Below, one piece after another: positions 27,833-40,576 of a stretch of 64,000 bases of DNA (the stretch's first letter is position 1; each line of letters begins with the position of its first letter). The position numbers were made by a program, and so were the translations under genes. This DNA is from Eledone cirrhosa (taxonomy: Eukaryota), in assembly GCA_964016885.1 (NCBI GenBank), contig OZ024741.1, forward strand, positions 164,672,001 through 164,736,000. The letters run 5' to 3'. Under the pieces are notes generated by a model. The model saw only the letters and a program-made list of their open reading frames with translations, made no database searches and was not told the origin of the DNA.

Positions 27833-28044
27833 TATCACCGTTGGATGGTGGAATAATTGTTGTAGTTCTCTCAGGCTAAAGAAGAAACAATCAGGGATTT
27901 CAACCATGTGAGAGACTCACCACAGAAGAAACTTCCCTTTCATTAACCATGGACACGCACACATACAGCTTACCTTACACTCAATATAATTTGTGATTTT
28001 AACTCCCACTCAACACACAGCTTAACTCACACTTAATATATACC

Positions 28045-29465
28045 TTACATGTCACTCAACATACAGTTCATCTCTCACTCAAACCACAACTCCTCCTGTG
28101 TCACTCGACATACAGTTCATCTCTCGCTCAAACCACAACTCCTCCTGTGTCACTCAACATACAGTTCATCTCTCACTCAAACCACAACTCCACCTGTGTC
28201 ACTCAACATACAGTTCATCTCTCACTCAAACCACAACTCCTTCTATGTCACTCAACATACAGTTCATCTCTCACTCAAACTACAACTCCTTCTGTGTCAC
28301 TCGACATACAGTTCATCTCTCACTTGAACCACAACTCCTTCTGTGTCACTCGATATACGGTTCATCTCTCACTCAAACCACAACTCCTCCTGTGTCACTC
28401 AACATACAGTTCATCTCTCACTCAAACCACAACTCCTCCTGTGTCACTCAACATACAGTTCATCTCTCACTGAAACCACAACTCCTCCTGTGTCACTCAA
28501 CATACAGTTCATCTCTCACTCAAACCACAACTCCTCCTGTGTCACTCGACATACGGTTCATCTCTCGCTCAAACCACAACTCCTCCTGTGTCACTCAACA
28601 TACAGTTCATCTCTCACTCAAACCACAACTCCTCCTGTGTCACTCAACATACAGTTCATCTCTCACTGAAACCACAACTCCTCCTGTGTCACTCAACATA
28701 CAGTTCATCTCTCACTCAAACCACAACTCCTCCTGTGTCACTCAACATACAGTTCATCTCTCACTCAAACCACAACTCCTCCTGTGTCACTCAACATACA
28801 GTTCATCTCTCACTCAAACCACAACTCCTTCTATGTCACTCAACATACAGTTCATCTCTCACTTGAACTACAACTCCTCCTGTGTCACTCACCATACAGT
28901 TCATCTCTCACTCACTATATAGCTTAAGTGTCACTGAACATACAGTTCATCTCTCACTCAAACCACAACTCCTCCTGTGTCACTCACCATACAGTTCATC
29001 TCTCACTCACTATATAGCTTAAGTGTCACTGAACATACAGTTCATCTCCCACTCAAACCACAACTCCTCCTGTGTCACTCAACATACAGTTCATCTCTCA
29101 CTCAAACCACAACTCCTTCTGTGTCACTCAACATACAGTTCATCTCTCACTCAAACCACAACTCCTTCTGTGTCACTCAACATACAGTTCATCTCTCACT
29201 CAAACCACAACTCCTCCTGTATCACTCATCATACAGTTCATCTCTCACTCAAACCACAACTCCTGTGTCACTCAACATACAGTTCATCTCTCACTCACTA
29301 TATAGCTTAAGTGTCACTCAACATACAGTTCATCTCCCACTCAAACCACAACTCCTTCTGTGTCACTCAACATACAGTTCATCTCTCACTCGATATATAG
29401 CTTAAGTGTCACTTGACATACAGTCCATCTCTCACTCAAACCACAACTCCTCCTGTGTCACTCAA
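28045..29465. repeat. 49 bp minisatellite gtgtcactcaacatacagttcatctctcactcaaaccacaactcctcct
   Basis: About 29 copies. Shorter variant unit with ctatatagcttaa appears in the distal part. Confidence 0.95.
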
Positions 29466-29693
29466 TACACAGCTTAACATACACTCACCATCTCTCCCTC
29501 ACCCCCCCCCCCTCCTCTCCTCAACTCTCATGACACAGTAAAGACATAGAAAATCTAAGGATATCTCCCTTCTGTTGTGTCTCACCTCACAATTGTGTTT
29601 AAGGAATGTTCTAGACAATAAATGGCAGAGAGTGAAGCGAGAAGTGAGACAATAAGAGAGTGAAAGACAACAGTTGTGGTAATACCAGCTGGA

Positions 29694-29753
29694 ACACTGT
29701 ACACTGTACACTGTACACTGTACACTGTACACTGTACACTGTACACTGTACAC
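29694..29753. repeat. (ACACTGT)n heptamer
   Basis: Seen directly. Confidence 0.95.
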
Positions 29754-29805
29754 TACTTCTATCTCATCTCTGGACATACTGGCTCCTCTCTAGTCTTACA
29801 ACAAT

Positions 29806-29828
29806 AACTACTGCTACTGCTACTGCTG

Positions 29829-29869
<41 letters not shown>

Positions 29870-30895
29870 ACTACTACTGATGCTGCTGCGGCTGCTGCTG
29901 CTACTGCTGCTGCGGCTGCTGCTGCGGCTGCTACTACTGATGCTGCTACTACTACTGATGCTGCTGCGGCTGCTGCTGCTGCTACTACTGCTGCTGCTGT
30001 TGCGGCTGCTACTACTACTGCTGCTACTGCTGCTACTACTACTGCTGCTGCTGCTACTGCTGCTGCTACTGCTGCTACTACTACTGCTGCTGCTACTACT
30101 ACTGCTGCTACTACTGAGGCTGTTGCTGCTGCTGCTACTACTACTGCTACTGCTGCTGCTGCTACTACTGCTGCTGCTGCTACTGCTACTACTACTACTA
30201 CTGTTGCTGCTGCTGCTACTACTGCTGTTGCTGCTGCTGCTGCTACTACTACTGCTGCTGCGGCTGCTGCTACTACTGCTGCTGCTGCTACTACTACTAC
30301 TACTACTACTATTACTACTGCTGCTGCTACTACTGCTGTTGCTGCTGCTGCTGCTACTACTACTGCTGCTGCGGCTGCTACTACTGCTGCTACTACTATT
30401 ACTACTGCTGCTGCTGCTACTACTACTACTACTGCTACTACTATTACTGCTGCTGCTGCTGCTACTGCTACTACTGCTGCTGCTACTACTACTGCTGCTA
30501 CTACTGCGGCTGCTACTACTACTGCTGCTGCTACTGCTGCAGCTCCTACTACTACTGCTGCTACTGCTACTACTGCTGCTGCTGCTGCTACTACTGCTGC
30601 TGCTGCTGCTACTACTGCGGCTGCTACTACTACTGCTGCTACTACTGCTGCGGCTGCTACTACTATTATTACTACTACTACAGCTATTACTTCTGATGCT
30701 ACTACTACTACTACAACTACCACTACTGTTACTACTACCACTACAACTACCACTACTACTACCACTACTACAACTACTACAACTACCACTACTATTACTA
30801 CTACCACTACTACTACTACAACTACTACTACTACAACTACTACTACTATTACTACTACAACTACCACTACTACAACTACTACAACTACCACCACC

Positions 30896-30932
<37 letters not shown>

Positions 30933-30942
30933 TCACCACCAC
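29806..30942. repeat. (GCT/ACT)n trinucleotide mosaic grading from GCT-rich to ACT/ACC-rich
   Basis: Seen directly. Confidence 0.95.
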
Positions 30943-31044
30943 CTTATACAGTATTTGTTATCTAAGTCTTTTAATACAAATTCCCTATATTGTAAATAAG
31001 ATATTCTCAGATAGCACTTCTACAGCTGCAATTTCTAGCAGGTT

Positions 31045-31470
31045 CATATATATATATGTATATATATATATATGTATATACACAAACATTTATATACATA
31101 TATATATATATACATGCATATATACACATACATATATATATATATATATACATATATACACATACATGCATATATACACACATACACATATATGTATATA
31201 TATATACATAAATACACATACATACATATATATATATATACATATATATATACACATACATATACATATATATATACACACACACACATATATATATATA
31301 TATACACACACACATATATATATATATACATACACACACATACATATATATATATATACACATACATATATATATACAAACATATATACATACATGTATA
31401 CATATATATATATATATACTTACATATATATATATATGTGCATACATATATATGTGGATACATATATATA

Positions 31471-31518
<48 letters not shown>

Positions 31519-31729
31519 CATATATATATATATATGCTTACATATATATATGTGCATATATATATATATATGCATACATATATATATATATGCATACATA
31601 TATATATATATATGCATACATATATGCATACATATATATGCATACATATATATATACATACATACATATATATATACATATATATATACACATATATACA
31701 CCCATACACATAAAAATACATGCACACAC

Positions 31730-31770
<41 letters not shown>
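31045..31770. repeat. (TA)n/(CATA)n tract
   Basis: Seen directly. Confidence 0.95.
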
Positions 31771-31773
<3 letters not shown>

Positions 31774-32361
31774 GTCATTCTTACAATCTGTCGGGAGAAA
31801 CAAATCTAATTTCATGAGATGAAGGAGAGGATAAAGAAGAAAAACCAATAGGCAGGATATGTTGTTAGACAATGAGAAGATTCTAGCTCATCTTCAATGT
31901 CTTTAGTATGGAATCTGTATGTGTTGAGATAAAGCAACAGGAAACATGAAGCTATTATTAGCAGCAAAAGGAGATCATTTGCTTCAGGTTATATGCAAGA
32001 AGTATAATCAAAGGTAGTTATCATGGCAAGATATATTTCTGAATGCATGGAAGAATAATAATATTTGTAGAGAGAGCTACAGAGCTCTCACAATGGCTTA
32101 GAATAATGAGGTTGTCAAGAGTCATGCTGGATAGTAGAACTCATCCTTTTTGTAGAAATAAAAACTTACACCTTTTCTTGGTGACTGATGGCTGAATTAA
32201 TTGATGTGTGGGACACCACAGCCAAATATATCAGCAGATAACTGTTTGGTATGTGACAGTTGAATATATACATACATACATATATATATATATATATTAT
32301 GGAATGCTGTTGGCTTTTTGCTACAATATTTTCTATACCTTTCATTTATATATATATATAT

Positions 32362-32689
32362 GGAGGCACATGACTTAGTGGTTACAGCATTGGCCTTGCA
32401 ATCGAAAGGTTGTGAGTTCAATTCTCAGACCGGGTGATGTGTTGATCCTTGAGCAAGACACTTTATTTCACATTGCTCCAGTTTACTCAGCTGTAGAAAT
32501 GAGATGATAGGGGCAGGTGTCCCTATCATTCCACTGCAAAGTGGTCGTGGAGGTGCCATGGCAAAAAAGCACCCAGCACTCACTGTAAATGAGGTTGGTG
32601 TTAGGAAGGGCATCCAGCTGTAGAAATCAAGCCAGAATCAGTTCCTGTCCCACCCTTGCAAGCAGGGAAAAAGCGGACGTAAAATGAAA

Positions 32690-32692
<3 letters not shown>
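32362..32692 (+). mobile_element. SINE family A
   Basis: ggaggcacatgacttagtgg head to ggacgtaaaatga tail. Confidence 0.9.
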
Positions 32693-32742
<50 letters not shown>

Positions 32743-32743
32743 C

Positions 32744-32790
<47 letters not shown>

Positions 32791-32825
32791 CACATACATA
32801 TATATATATATATTTATATATTATA

Positions 32826-33045
32826 TCAGTAAAGCCAGAGTCCTGGTGTTTCTCCAGTGCAAGGCACAAACAATAGTCCACTACGATGATAAAAAGGTAG
32901 GGAGCCAATGTATCTCCCTGGAGCACTCCAGCCAGTATCTCAAAGAACTGTTGGAGACACAGGACATGGCAGCGATAATGAGGGACAGAGACCGCTGGAG
33001 AGAACTCGTCCATGGATCTCAGGAATTTTACCCGCCCTAGATATA
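32826..33045. mobile_element. LINE fragment with internal inversion (RT piece on minus, 3' end on plus)
   Basis: Minus: [25 protein letters not shown]. Plus: [20 protein letters not shown]. Confidence 0.7.
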
Positions 33046-33051
33046 TTAGTC

Positions 33052-33153
33052 TGATAGTGGGGTTTAGAACCCTCTAAGAAATGGAAAAAGATGAGTATTG
33101 ACGTCAATACTCATCTTTTTCCATTTCTTAGAGGGTTCTAAACCCCACTATCA
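33052..33153. repeat. Perfect 102 bp palindrome with no spacer
   Basis: 51 bp arms centred on GACGTC. Confidence 0.95.
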
Positions 33154-33277
33154 AGCTAAAATTTCTTTAGTAAAAAAAATATGGCAAAAGCTTCTATTTC
33201 TAATTTCAAACTCGCTCACCATTTCAAAACATACTTACATATACATATATATATATATTGAGATGATAATAATGTTT

Positions 33278-33456
33278 CTACAATTTTGGCACAAGGCCAG
33301 CAATTACCCCAGTGCATTACTGGTGCTTTATTTTATCAACCCTGTAATGATGAAAGACAAAGTTAACCTCAGTGGGATTTGAACTCAGAACGTAAAGGGC
33401 CCTAACTCAGTGCTGCAAAGCATGGTGTCTGACGCTCAACCGATACTGCCAATCCA
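33278..33456 (-). mobile_element. SINE family B (tRNA-like head, Meta/MESC-like body)
   Basis: tggattggcagtatcgg head, gagttcaaatcc B-box, ttaactttg(c/t)ctttcatc body. Eight copies in window. Confidence 0.85.
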
Positions 33457-33486
33457 ATGGTAAGAATGAACATTATTGTGTACAGT

Positions 33487-33722
33487 TAATTTGTTCCATG
33501 CTTCAGCAACTCTGAGCGTGAAAAAATGTTTCAGAAAGTCATGGGAGCTGTTCTGTTTTCTGACTTTGTAAGCATGTCTACTGGTGTTAGACACATGGAA
33601 TTCAAAAAGGTGTTCAGGGTTGTTGTTGGCAAGATGGTTCATAATTTTGTGGGAGTCTACCAAGTCAGTTGCCAGAAGTCAGATCTTTAATGTATCCATG
33701 CTCAGGGAAGCAAGGCATTTAG
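33487..33722 (-). mobile_element. CR1-clade LINE fragment
   Basis: HLFEFHVSNTSRHAYKVRKQ..FFTLRVAEAWNKL; homologous to 56510-57140. Confidence 0.8.
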
Positions 33723-33742
33723 AGTATATATATATATATATA

Positions 33743-33975
33743 TAGTATAAGAATAAAGGAACAAAGAGTCAGTGTTGCATCATAACATATTTAATAACAT
33801 ATTACATATGTTTCACTGTTGATCAGCTCGAGGAATGATCTATTATTGATCGAACCTGACTCTGGAATCAAAAGACCCTCAGATATGCCTCAGTATGTAA
33901 GCTCATCTCTGATTTTGTGTGAATTGCTCACCCAACATACTGACTACGGACGCAATTTTCTTGCACCTACAGACC
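33743..33975 (-). mobile_element. Element with long-stem-II hammerhead-like motif (relative of the 15005 family)
   Basis: gcatat CTGAGGG ...GAAAC atat GTA atatgt at 33797-33888. Truncated copy at 58080-58190. Confidence 0.6.
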
Positions 33976-34354
33976 TATATATATATACTTGCAGACCCCT
34001 GCAAGTGGATTTTGTCGATTTCGAATTTACAGAAACCTAGCGGAGATATTATATATCATATGTGATGTATATTACATGGTATATATCATGTGTTGTGTAT
34101 GATGTCGATGCGATGGTCCAGGTTAGTCAAAAATTTTATCCTGAGTACAGTTTTTTTTCGTCGCTATGGTCACTGCGGCCCGTCTATCGGTCGCTGTCTT
34201 CAATTTGCAAAACTGTCTAAATGTAATGTTATAACTCTAGGGTAATATACCCTATTGAGTGCTTAGCTGCACACCGAGATTGCATTCGTTAGTTTGGCTG
34301 CAACCAAAGCTTTGATGATGCTGTACTAAATTTTGTGTGTATATATATATATAT

Positions 34355-34550
34355 ATAGGAACAAGTAAGACCCCGATGGCTGAGCTCAAGCCGTTTCGAC
34401 GGCTAATTCTGGACTGGATTAGCCGTCGAAATGGCTTGAGCTCAGCCGTCGGGGTCTTACTTGTTCCTATTACCCACTCTACTACCCTAAGTATTGAGTA
34501 CTTTGGTGCGTTATGGTCCACCTGGTTCCTTACCACATTTCCTTCGTTAT
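34355..34550. mobile_element. Fold-back element (family also at 35475-35650 and 38064-38216)
   Basis: Arms 34355-34409 and 34416-34470, tail to 34550. GAAA(C/T)ggc..gccGTC half-hammerhead. Confidence 0.75.
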
Positions 34551-34568
34551 ATATATATATATATATAT

Positions 34569-34686
34569 ATAATTATAAGTCTGAAGAGCAAATAGACAAA
34601 AAATACCTAATTTTTTTCAAGAAGAAAAATTTTTGAAGAAAAATTAGGTACATTTTGTCTATTTATTCTTCACACGTATAATTATT
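34569..34686. repeat. Imperfect inverted repeat with tail, in (TA)n
   Basis: Arms ~34569-34620 and ~34633-34686. Confidence 0.75.
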
Positions 34687-34884
34687 ATATAGCTTTGATT
34701 AATGGATTATTTAATTAATTAATTCATTCATTCATTGAGCAAAACTTGTAAAAGAGAGACATCACATATATATATGTGTTTATACTTATATACTGCTATA
34801 ATTTATTTATATATGTCTAACCCATGCTAGCGTGGAAGATAGACATTAAACAATGATGATGATGATGATGATGATATGTGTATG

Positions 34885-35105
34885 TAAAAGGTAAACAGAA
34901 ATAACAACACAATCGGGACAGTATATGGAAGGAATATATTAGGTTAACGCTTGAAATAGCAGGAAGAGGGTCTTAACGTTTCGGATGCTAGCCCTTCATC
35001 AGAAGAAAGAATGAGAAATTAGATAGATTGAAAGGACAGGCAGGGCGGAATTGGAAAACATGTTTTTAGAGAAAAATAACAGGTCCATTCATGTTGCCAT
35101 CTCTT
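34885..35105 (-). mobile_element. Penelope-like pLTR fragment with minimal hammerhead (34971-35006)
   Basis: tctt CTGATGA agggctagcatcc GAAAC GTT aaga. Confidence 0.7.
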
Positions 35106-35474
35106 ATACATTTATGTATTTGTTTTGCAAGATTCTTAATGAGAAATCATGTATTGAAACAGATGTTATATTTGCAGATGGTCATGTTGCCAGTATTGGC
35201 AATAAAAGAAACACACATGTACATCATATAAGTTTCACTTTTTCACATTGTTACTACTTATGACAAACTAACGAATAACTAATAATAAACATAAAGTGAA
35301 AAATTGAAAATTGTATTGTATCTCAGTACCATAACTCATTTCACAGATTGAGTGCTTTCTCAACTTTGGAAATTCTTTACCAAACTACACTATATATATA
35401 TATATATAAACATACCGTCTAACCCATGCTAGCATGGAAGATAGATGTTAAACGATGATGATGATGATGATATA

Positions 35475-35650
35475 TATAACAAAGAGGGTGGGGTAAGATA
35501 CCAGGTGGACCATAACGCACCAGAGTACTCAATACTTGGGGTAGTGGAGTGGGTAATATGTAAAGATCCAGGACCTCAACGGCTGAGCTCCAGCCGTTTC
35601 GACAGCTAGATCTGGAGCTCAACCATCGGGGTCCTAAATCTTTACATATA
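35475..35650. mobile_element. Fold-back element, 34355 family, reverse orientation
   Basis: Tail 35475-35556; arms ~35557-35593 and ~35612-35649. Confidence 0.7.
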
Positions 35651-35653
35651 TAT

Positions 35654-35830
35654 GGTTTCTACATGACTAGAACTGTTTCATTCAAAGGAAATCATCAGGA
35701 AAGCCCTGATTTCCTTCAAATGAAACACTTCTAGTCCTTTAGAAGCTATTTCTATGTTAAATTTGTTGTTTACACTCTAGTAATGTATTGAGTAGCTTAC
35801 TTACTGTGGTTAACCCGGGGGACACACATA
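35654..35830. mobile_element. Fold-back element with hammerhead-like core
   Basis: Arms 35654-35699 and 35705-35747. Minus arm cCTGATGAtttcctttgaatGAAACagttctaGTC; stem I not evident. Confidence 0.55.
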
Positions 35831-35969
35831 TATATGTATATATAGCATTGAAGCTATGATGAGCCACAGAAGACAGCCGATAAGTGGGAATTGTCCTTGT
35901 GTTTGTGACTTCCAAGTTTTCTTCACCCATGTGATTTATATATATATATATATATATTTAATTATGTAA

Positions 35970-36305
35970 TCATCATCATTTCATTTTACGTCCGCTTTTT
36001 CCCTGCTTGCAAGGGTGGGACGGGAACTGATTCTGGCTTGATTTCTACAGCTGGATGCCCTTCCTAACACCAACCTCATTTACAGTGAGTGCTGGATGCT
36101 TTTTTTGCTGTGGCACCTCCACAACCACGTTGCAGTGGAATGATAGGGACCCCACTCCTATCATCTCATTTCTACAGCTGAGTAAACTGGAGCAATGTGA
36201 AATAAAGTGTCTTGTTCAAGGAAACAACACATCACCCGGTCTGAGAATTGAACTCACAACCCTTCGATTGCAAGGCCAATGCTCTAACCACTAAGCCATG
36301 TGCCT
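35970..36305 (-). mobile_element. SINE family A
   Basis: Near-identical copy; possible TSD tatgtaat. Confidence 0.9.
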
Positions 36306-36626
36306 ATGTAATTATTCCATTACCCAAGGTTTCACGAAATCATACAATTCTAACAGAGGCGTCTGAATCCGTTCATCAGATAGACATTTTTATTTGGATA
36401 TAAGATATGAAATCACTTTCATTTATAATAGATTTTAATTTTATATCTTATATTCAAATAAAGATTTCTATCTGATGAGCGATATCAGACGCCTCTGTTA
36501 GAATCGTCTGACTTCGTGAAACCTTGGGTAATGGAATAATTATATTGTGTTGTTTATTACAATTAAATAGCTCTGTTCTATACACAGAGCACTCTTCTTT
36601 CTTTTACCTTTGCCACGGAAATACTT

Positions 36627-36630
<4 letters not shown>
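36306..36630. mobile_element. Fold-back element with hammerheads on both arms
   Basis: Plus HHR at 36466-36536: ttctat CTGATGA gcgatatcagacg..cgtctgacttcgt GAAA cc ttg g GTA atggaa. Mirror copy at 36315-36384. Confidence 0.78.
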
Positions 36631-36693
<63 letters not shown>

Positions 36694-38063
36694 CAAAACC
36701 TGTTCCCAAACAGACCTATTATATTAAATCTTTGTTGGTTTTTTTCAATAAACAAATATCATTATTTCTGAAGACAGCATGTATATGTGTAGGTATGTAT
36801 ATTTCCTCTGATAGTTTGTAAAATTTTTACATAGATCTATATGATAATACATACCAACACACACATATATATCCTAGAAACGATCGTAAAATGATGAATT
36901 TTTTAATATAAGAAACTGTTTCTTTGTTTTTATTCATTGTTTTTATTAATTTATCTTGACTGTGTTTTCCTGTGATTTTCATCGAAAAAATATTTTGAAT
37001 ACATCTCTTTTCATGATATTTGGATTACATTGAGTTCTTCATACGGATTGGACACTACCGTATATTTTGGTAGATTTATCTACATACTATATATGAATAT
37101 ACATAATATATATGAATATGGTGGTAGAGGTGATAGTGATGATGGTGGTCATCATCGTAGTTGTAATAAATACAAAGCGATTCTTTGAAAAAAATCAATA
37201 AGAAAATAGCCGTAAGATTAAATGGTTCATTTTGTTTTGTCTTTTGTATGTGTGTGTTGTTTTTCTGATGATAAATGAAGAATATTTTTAATTAAAAATA
37301 GAGAAGTAATCCAGAAAAAAACAGGTCAAACACTGGAGAGTATATAGGAGTTGTTGTTGTTGGTGGTGGTGGTGATGGTGGGGAGGAGGAGAGAAAACAT
37401 TTAGATATAAACATTGCATATGTCTGATACGCTTGATGTGTCGGGTTGATGTGATGTTTCTGGTGTGTGTGTGTGCCATTGGATATGGTTGACCTGTCTG
37501 CTGTGTTTGATGTGTCTGATGGAATTGAACTATTGGCAGAGGGGTCTATCTTTACTGAATAATAAACCAAGAGGAGGGTGGTAGGTAGAGTGGATTAGTG
37601 AGAATGTCTGTGTGTGTGTGTGAGAAGAAAGAGAGGAGGGGAAAGATACTGTAGTGTGGTATGTGTAAGTGGGGGAGAGTGTTGTATGCATATGAGAGAG
37701 AGAGAGAGTGAAGCATGTGTCAAGAAGAGGGAGTGAGATAGAAAGAACAGAAGAAGCAGAGATTAAAAACACGATATAATATCTCGAGTAGAATGTTATT
37801 CAAAATAAGAGTTATTGCCCTTGCATCATTTATTACCGGGCTTTGTGACTGACAGGTAGACAAGCAAATTTGATTACATGCTCTCGGGTCCTAAATAATG
37901 GAGGGGTTGGAATAAGCGGGAGTGGGGTTGGAAAATCGATAATTTTTTAGGTTGCTTCCCTTGGTTTTATTTGAAAACCAGAATTAGTCGTTTTGTCTAC
38001 ATATTGACACCCCCTCCCCCGCCAAATAAAACCCCATCCTACTTATCTTATAATGTATAAGAT

Positions 38064-38216
38064 TTCCGGCCGTTTCGACAGCTACTCTAGCTGTCGAAAC
38101 GTCCGGAGCTCAGCCATCAGGGTCCTGACTCTTTTCCTATTACCCACTCTACTCCCCTAAATATTAAGTACGCTATGGTCCACCTGGTTTCTTACCATAC
38201 TTTCTTTGTTATATAT
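38064..38216 (+). mobile_element. Fold-back element, 34355 family, short inverted arm
   Basis: tccggccgtttcgacagcta ctc tagctgtcgaaacgtccgga, then the shared tail. Confidence 0.7.
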
Positions 38217-39420
38217 AAGCTAACTAAGAATATAGATTTCATATGTGGCCGGTGCTCTGGTGCAATAAGTAGCAGCAAATGCCCACAGAATACTAGCTCA
38301 TTCCATTGCACAGATGGTTCTATAGAAATAGTGGACAGCTTCCGTTACCTGGGTGACAAAATCAGCAGTGGGGGAGGGTGCTCTGAAAGTACTGCAGCTA
38401 GAGTCAGAATGGGATGGAAAAAGTTCAGAGAGCTTATACCACTATTGGCCGCTAAAGGGTTCTCTCTAAAGATGAAAGGCAGGCTGTATGATGCCTGCAT
38501 ACGAACAGCAATGTTACATGGCAGTGAGACCTGGGCATTGTGTGCAGAGGATATACACAGACTGGAGAGAAACGAAGCTTGCATGCTCTGCTGGATGTGT
38601 AATAGTAATATACGTGAACGGCAAAGCATAAACGAACTAAGGGAGAAATTAGGAATAAGAGGGATCAGATGTTGTTTACTCGAGAGAAGACTACGTTGCT
38701 ATGGTCACGTGATGCGCATGAAAGACAACAGCTGTATAAAAAAGTGCAGGGCAATAAAATAGACAGTAGCCACGGAGTAGGCAGACCCAGAAAAACCTGG
38801 GACGACTTGATAAATTCCGACCTCACACACTTACACCTCTCCAAGACAATGTCACTGGATCGAGATCTTTGGCGCTACACAGTAATACAGAAGACCCGCC
38901 TTACCTAAGTACAAAGCAAAACCTACAGTCAGTAGGCACCTCTAACAAAATACACCCCCGTCCCACTACCCCCACCCCATCCACACCACCCCCTTAAATG
39001 TGAAGTTATGTTGGTACCACAACATCCAGTCCGAAACAAATGAGGTCGTGTAGGTGTCACGACAAAAAAACACACAGTCCACGCTGTAATGTGGCTGTGT
39101 AGGTAACACGGTAAAAACCTCCCAGTCCACACTGTAAATGTGGTTGGTGTTGGGAAGGGCACCCAGCCGTAGAAAACCCGCCAGACGTGTAGGTGTCACG
39201 ACAATAAAACACACAGTCCACGCTGTAATGTGGCCGTGTAGGTAACACGGTAAAAACCTCCCAGTCCACACTGTAAATGTGGTTGGTGTTAGGAAGGGCA
39301 TCCAGCCGTAGGAAACCCACCAGACAGTCCTGAGCAAGACAACCAATCTTGCCTCAAGTGGGACAATTCCTGTCCAGACCCATGCTAGCGTGGAAAATGT
39401 ACGTTAAATGATGATGATGA
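38217..39420 (+). mobile_element. RTE-clade LINE, 5'-truncated
   Basis: IEIVDSFRYLGD, LHGSETW, RRLRCYGHVMRM, GRPRKTW, DRDLWR. 3' UTR has a tandem duplication and (tga)n tail. Confidence 0.9.
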
Positions 39421-39656
39421 TATATATATATAGATATAGATATAGATATATTAGTTCATGAAATGGCAAGACAAACACAGAGAGACGAAAACACAAAGTC
39501 TTATTAGTTCCATGCTTGGGAAGAAGTAGATGAGGGTTTCAATATATTGGCTATGAGTCCTTCAGGAAATGGAAATTTTAGAGAGAGAGAAACAGTTGGA
39601 GCAATGGAGTTTGGAGGAGGGGGAAAGTATATTATACATGACTATATGTATATATA

Positions 39657-39990
39657 TCATCATCATCACTGTTTAACATATATTTTCTATGCTTGTATAG
39701 GTTAAACTGGTTATCACATTCAGAAGTTAGACTGACCATCTGACCACGTTTAGCTCATAAATTTGATAACTTTGATAGGTTTCGACCTGTATTGACCCAG
39801 GCCATGTCTAACTTAATAGCACCATATTTAATTTTTGGCATGATTTCTACAGCTGGATGCCCTTCCTAATGTCATACACTTCACAGCATGTACTGGGTGT
39901 AATTCATCATGGTACCATACTACTACCTAACTGAGTGGACTGGATACTTTTTATCATGGCACCAGCACTACTACTTTACAGTGTGGGTGA
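39657..39990 (-). mobile_element. Diverged RTE-type 3' tail
   Basis: tttctacagctggatgcccttcctaa motif. Confidence 0.6.
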
Positions 39991-39996
39991 GGAGCA

Positions 39997-40071
<75 letters not shown>

Positions 40072-40576
40072 GTAACTACCAATTACTAATCTCATGTTCT
40101 TACTGAATGAAACTTAACACAAGTTTGCAACACAATAATGAAACGTCAATCTTATTGGTACTGTAGACAGGAAAGTAGTAGTTTGAATATCAAGGGAATA
40201 ATTACTTGCTATGCCATCATCATCTCCTACTTTATGGTAATGTTATTTCTAAACCTGAGTTGAATGCAGATATTTGAACAGCAACAAAACCAGCGACATT
40301 GATCAGTCAATGAGGATGCTTCAACATAGTTGCTCAACTTACTAGAAACAGCAGTCACGTATTCCAGAAATTAAACTCTACCATTTTAAAACAAGAAGGA
40401 CATGGTGGATAATGTAGTCACTGACATACACACACACATATAGAAATTAGTTCCACAATTATCCTCATCAATTGTTAATTAACTGTTGTGGAACTAACTT
40501 CTACCAAACTAGTCCTATGGACAGAGTGCTCTACTGTGGATATAACCTACCAGTGTTTTACCACTATATATATATT

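Noticed and set aside
19981-27911. 2600-aa ORFs as genes, or the array as CRISPR
   Set aside because: Open in several frames on both strands because of triplet composition. Spacers are only GAT/GGT runs, there are no cas genes, and the context is eukaryotic
27905-27980. Minus-strand splice donors GTGAGT and GTAAGC
   Set aside because: No convincing acceptor or recognisable coding sequence
29660-31771. 703-aa Ala/Thr mucin- or antifreeze-like ORF
   Set aside because: Translation of (GCT/ACT)n running into (TA)n; other frames are equally open
39530-39575. Minus-strand CTGAAGG...GAAAC hammerhead
   Set aside because: Core mutated and stems not supported
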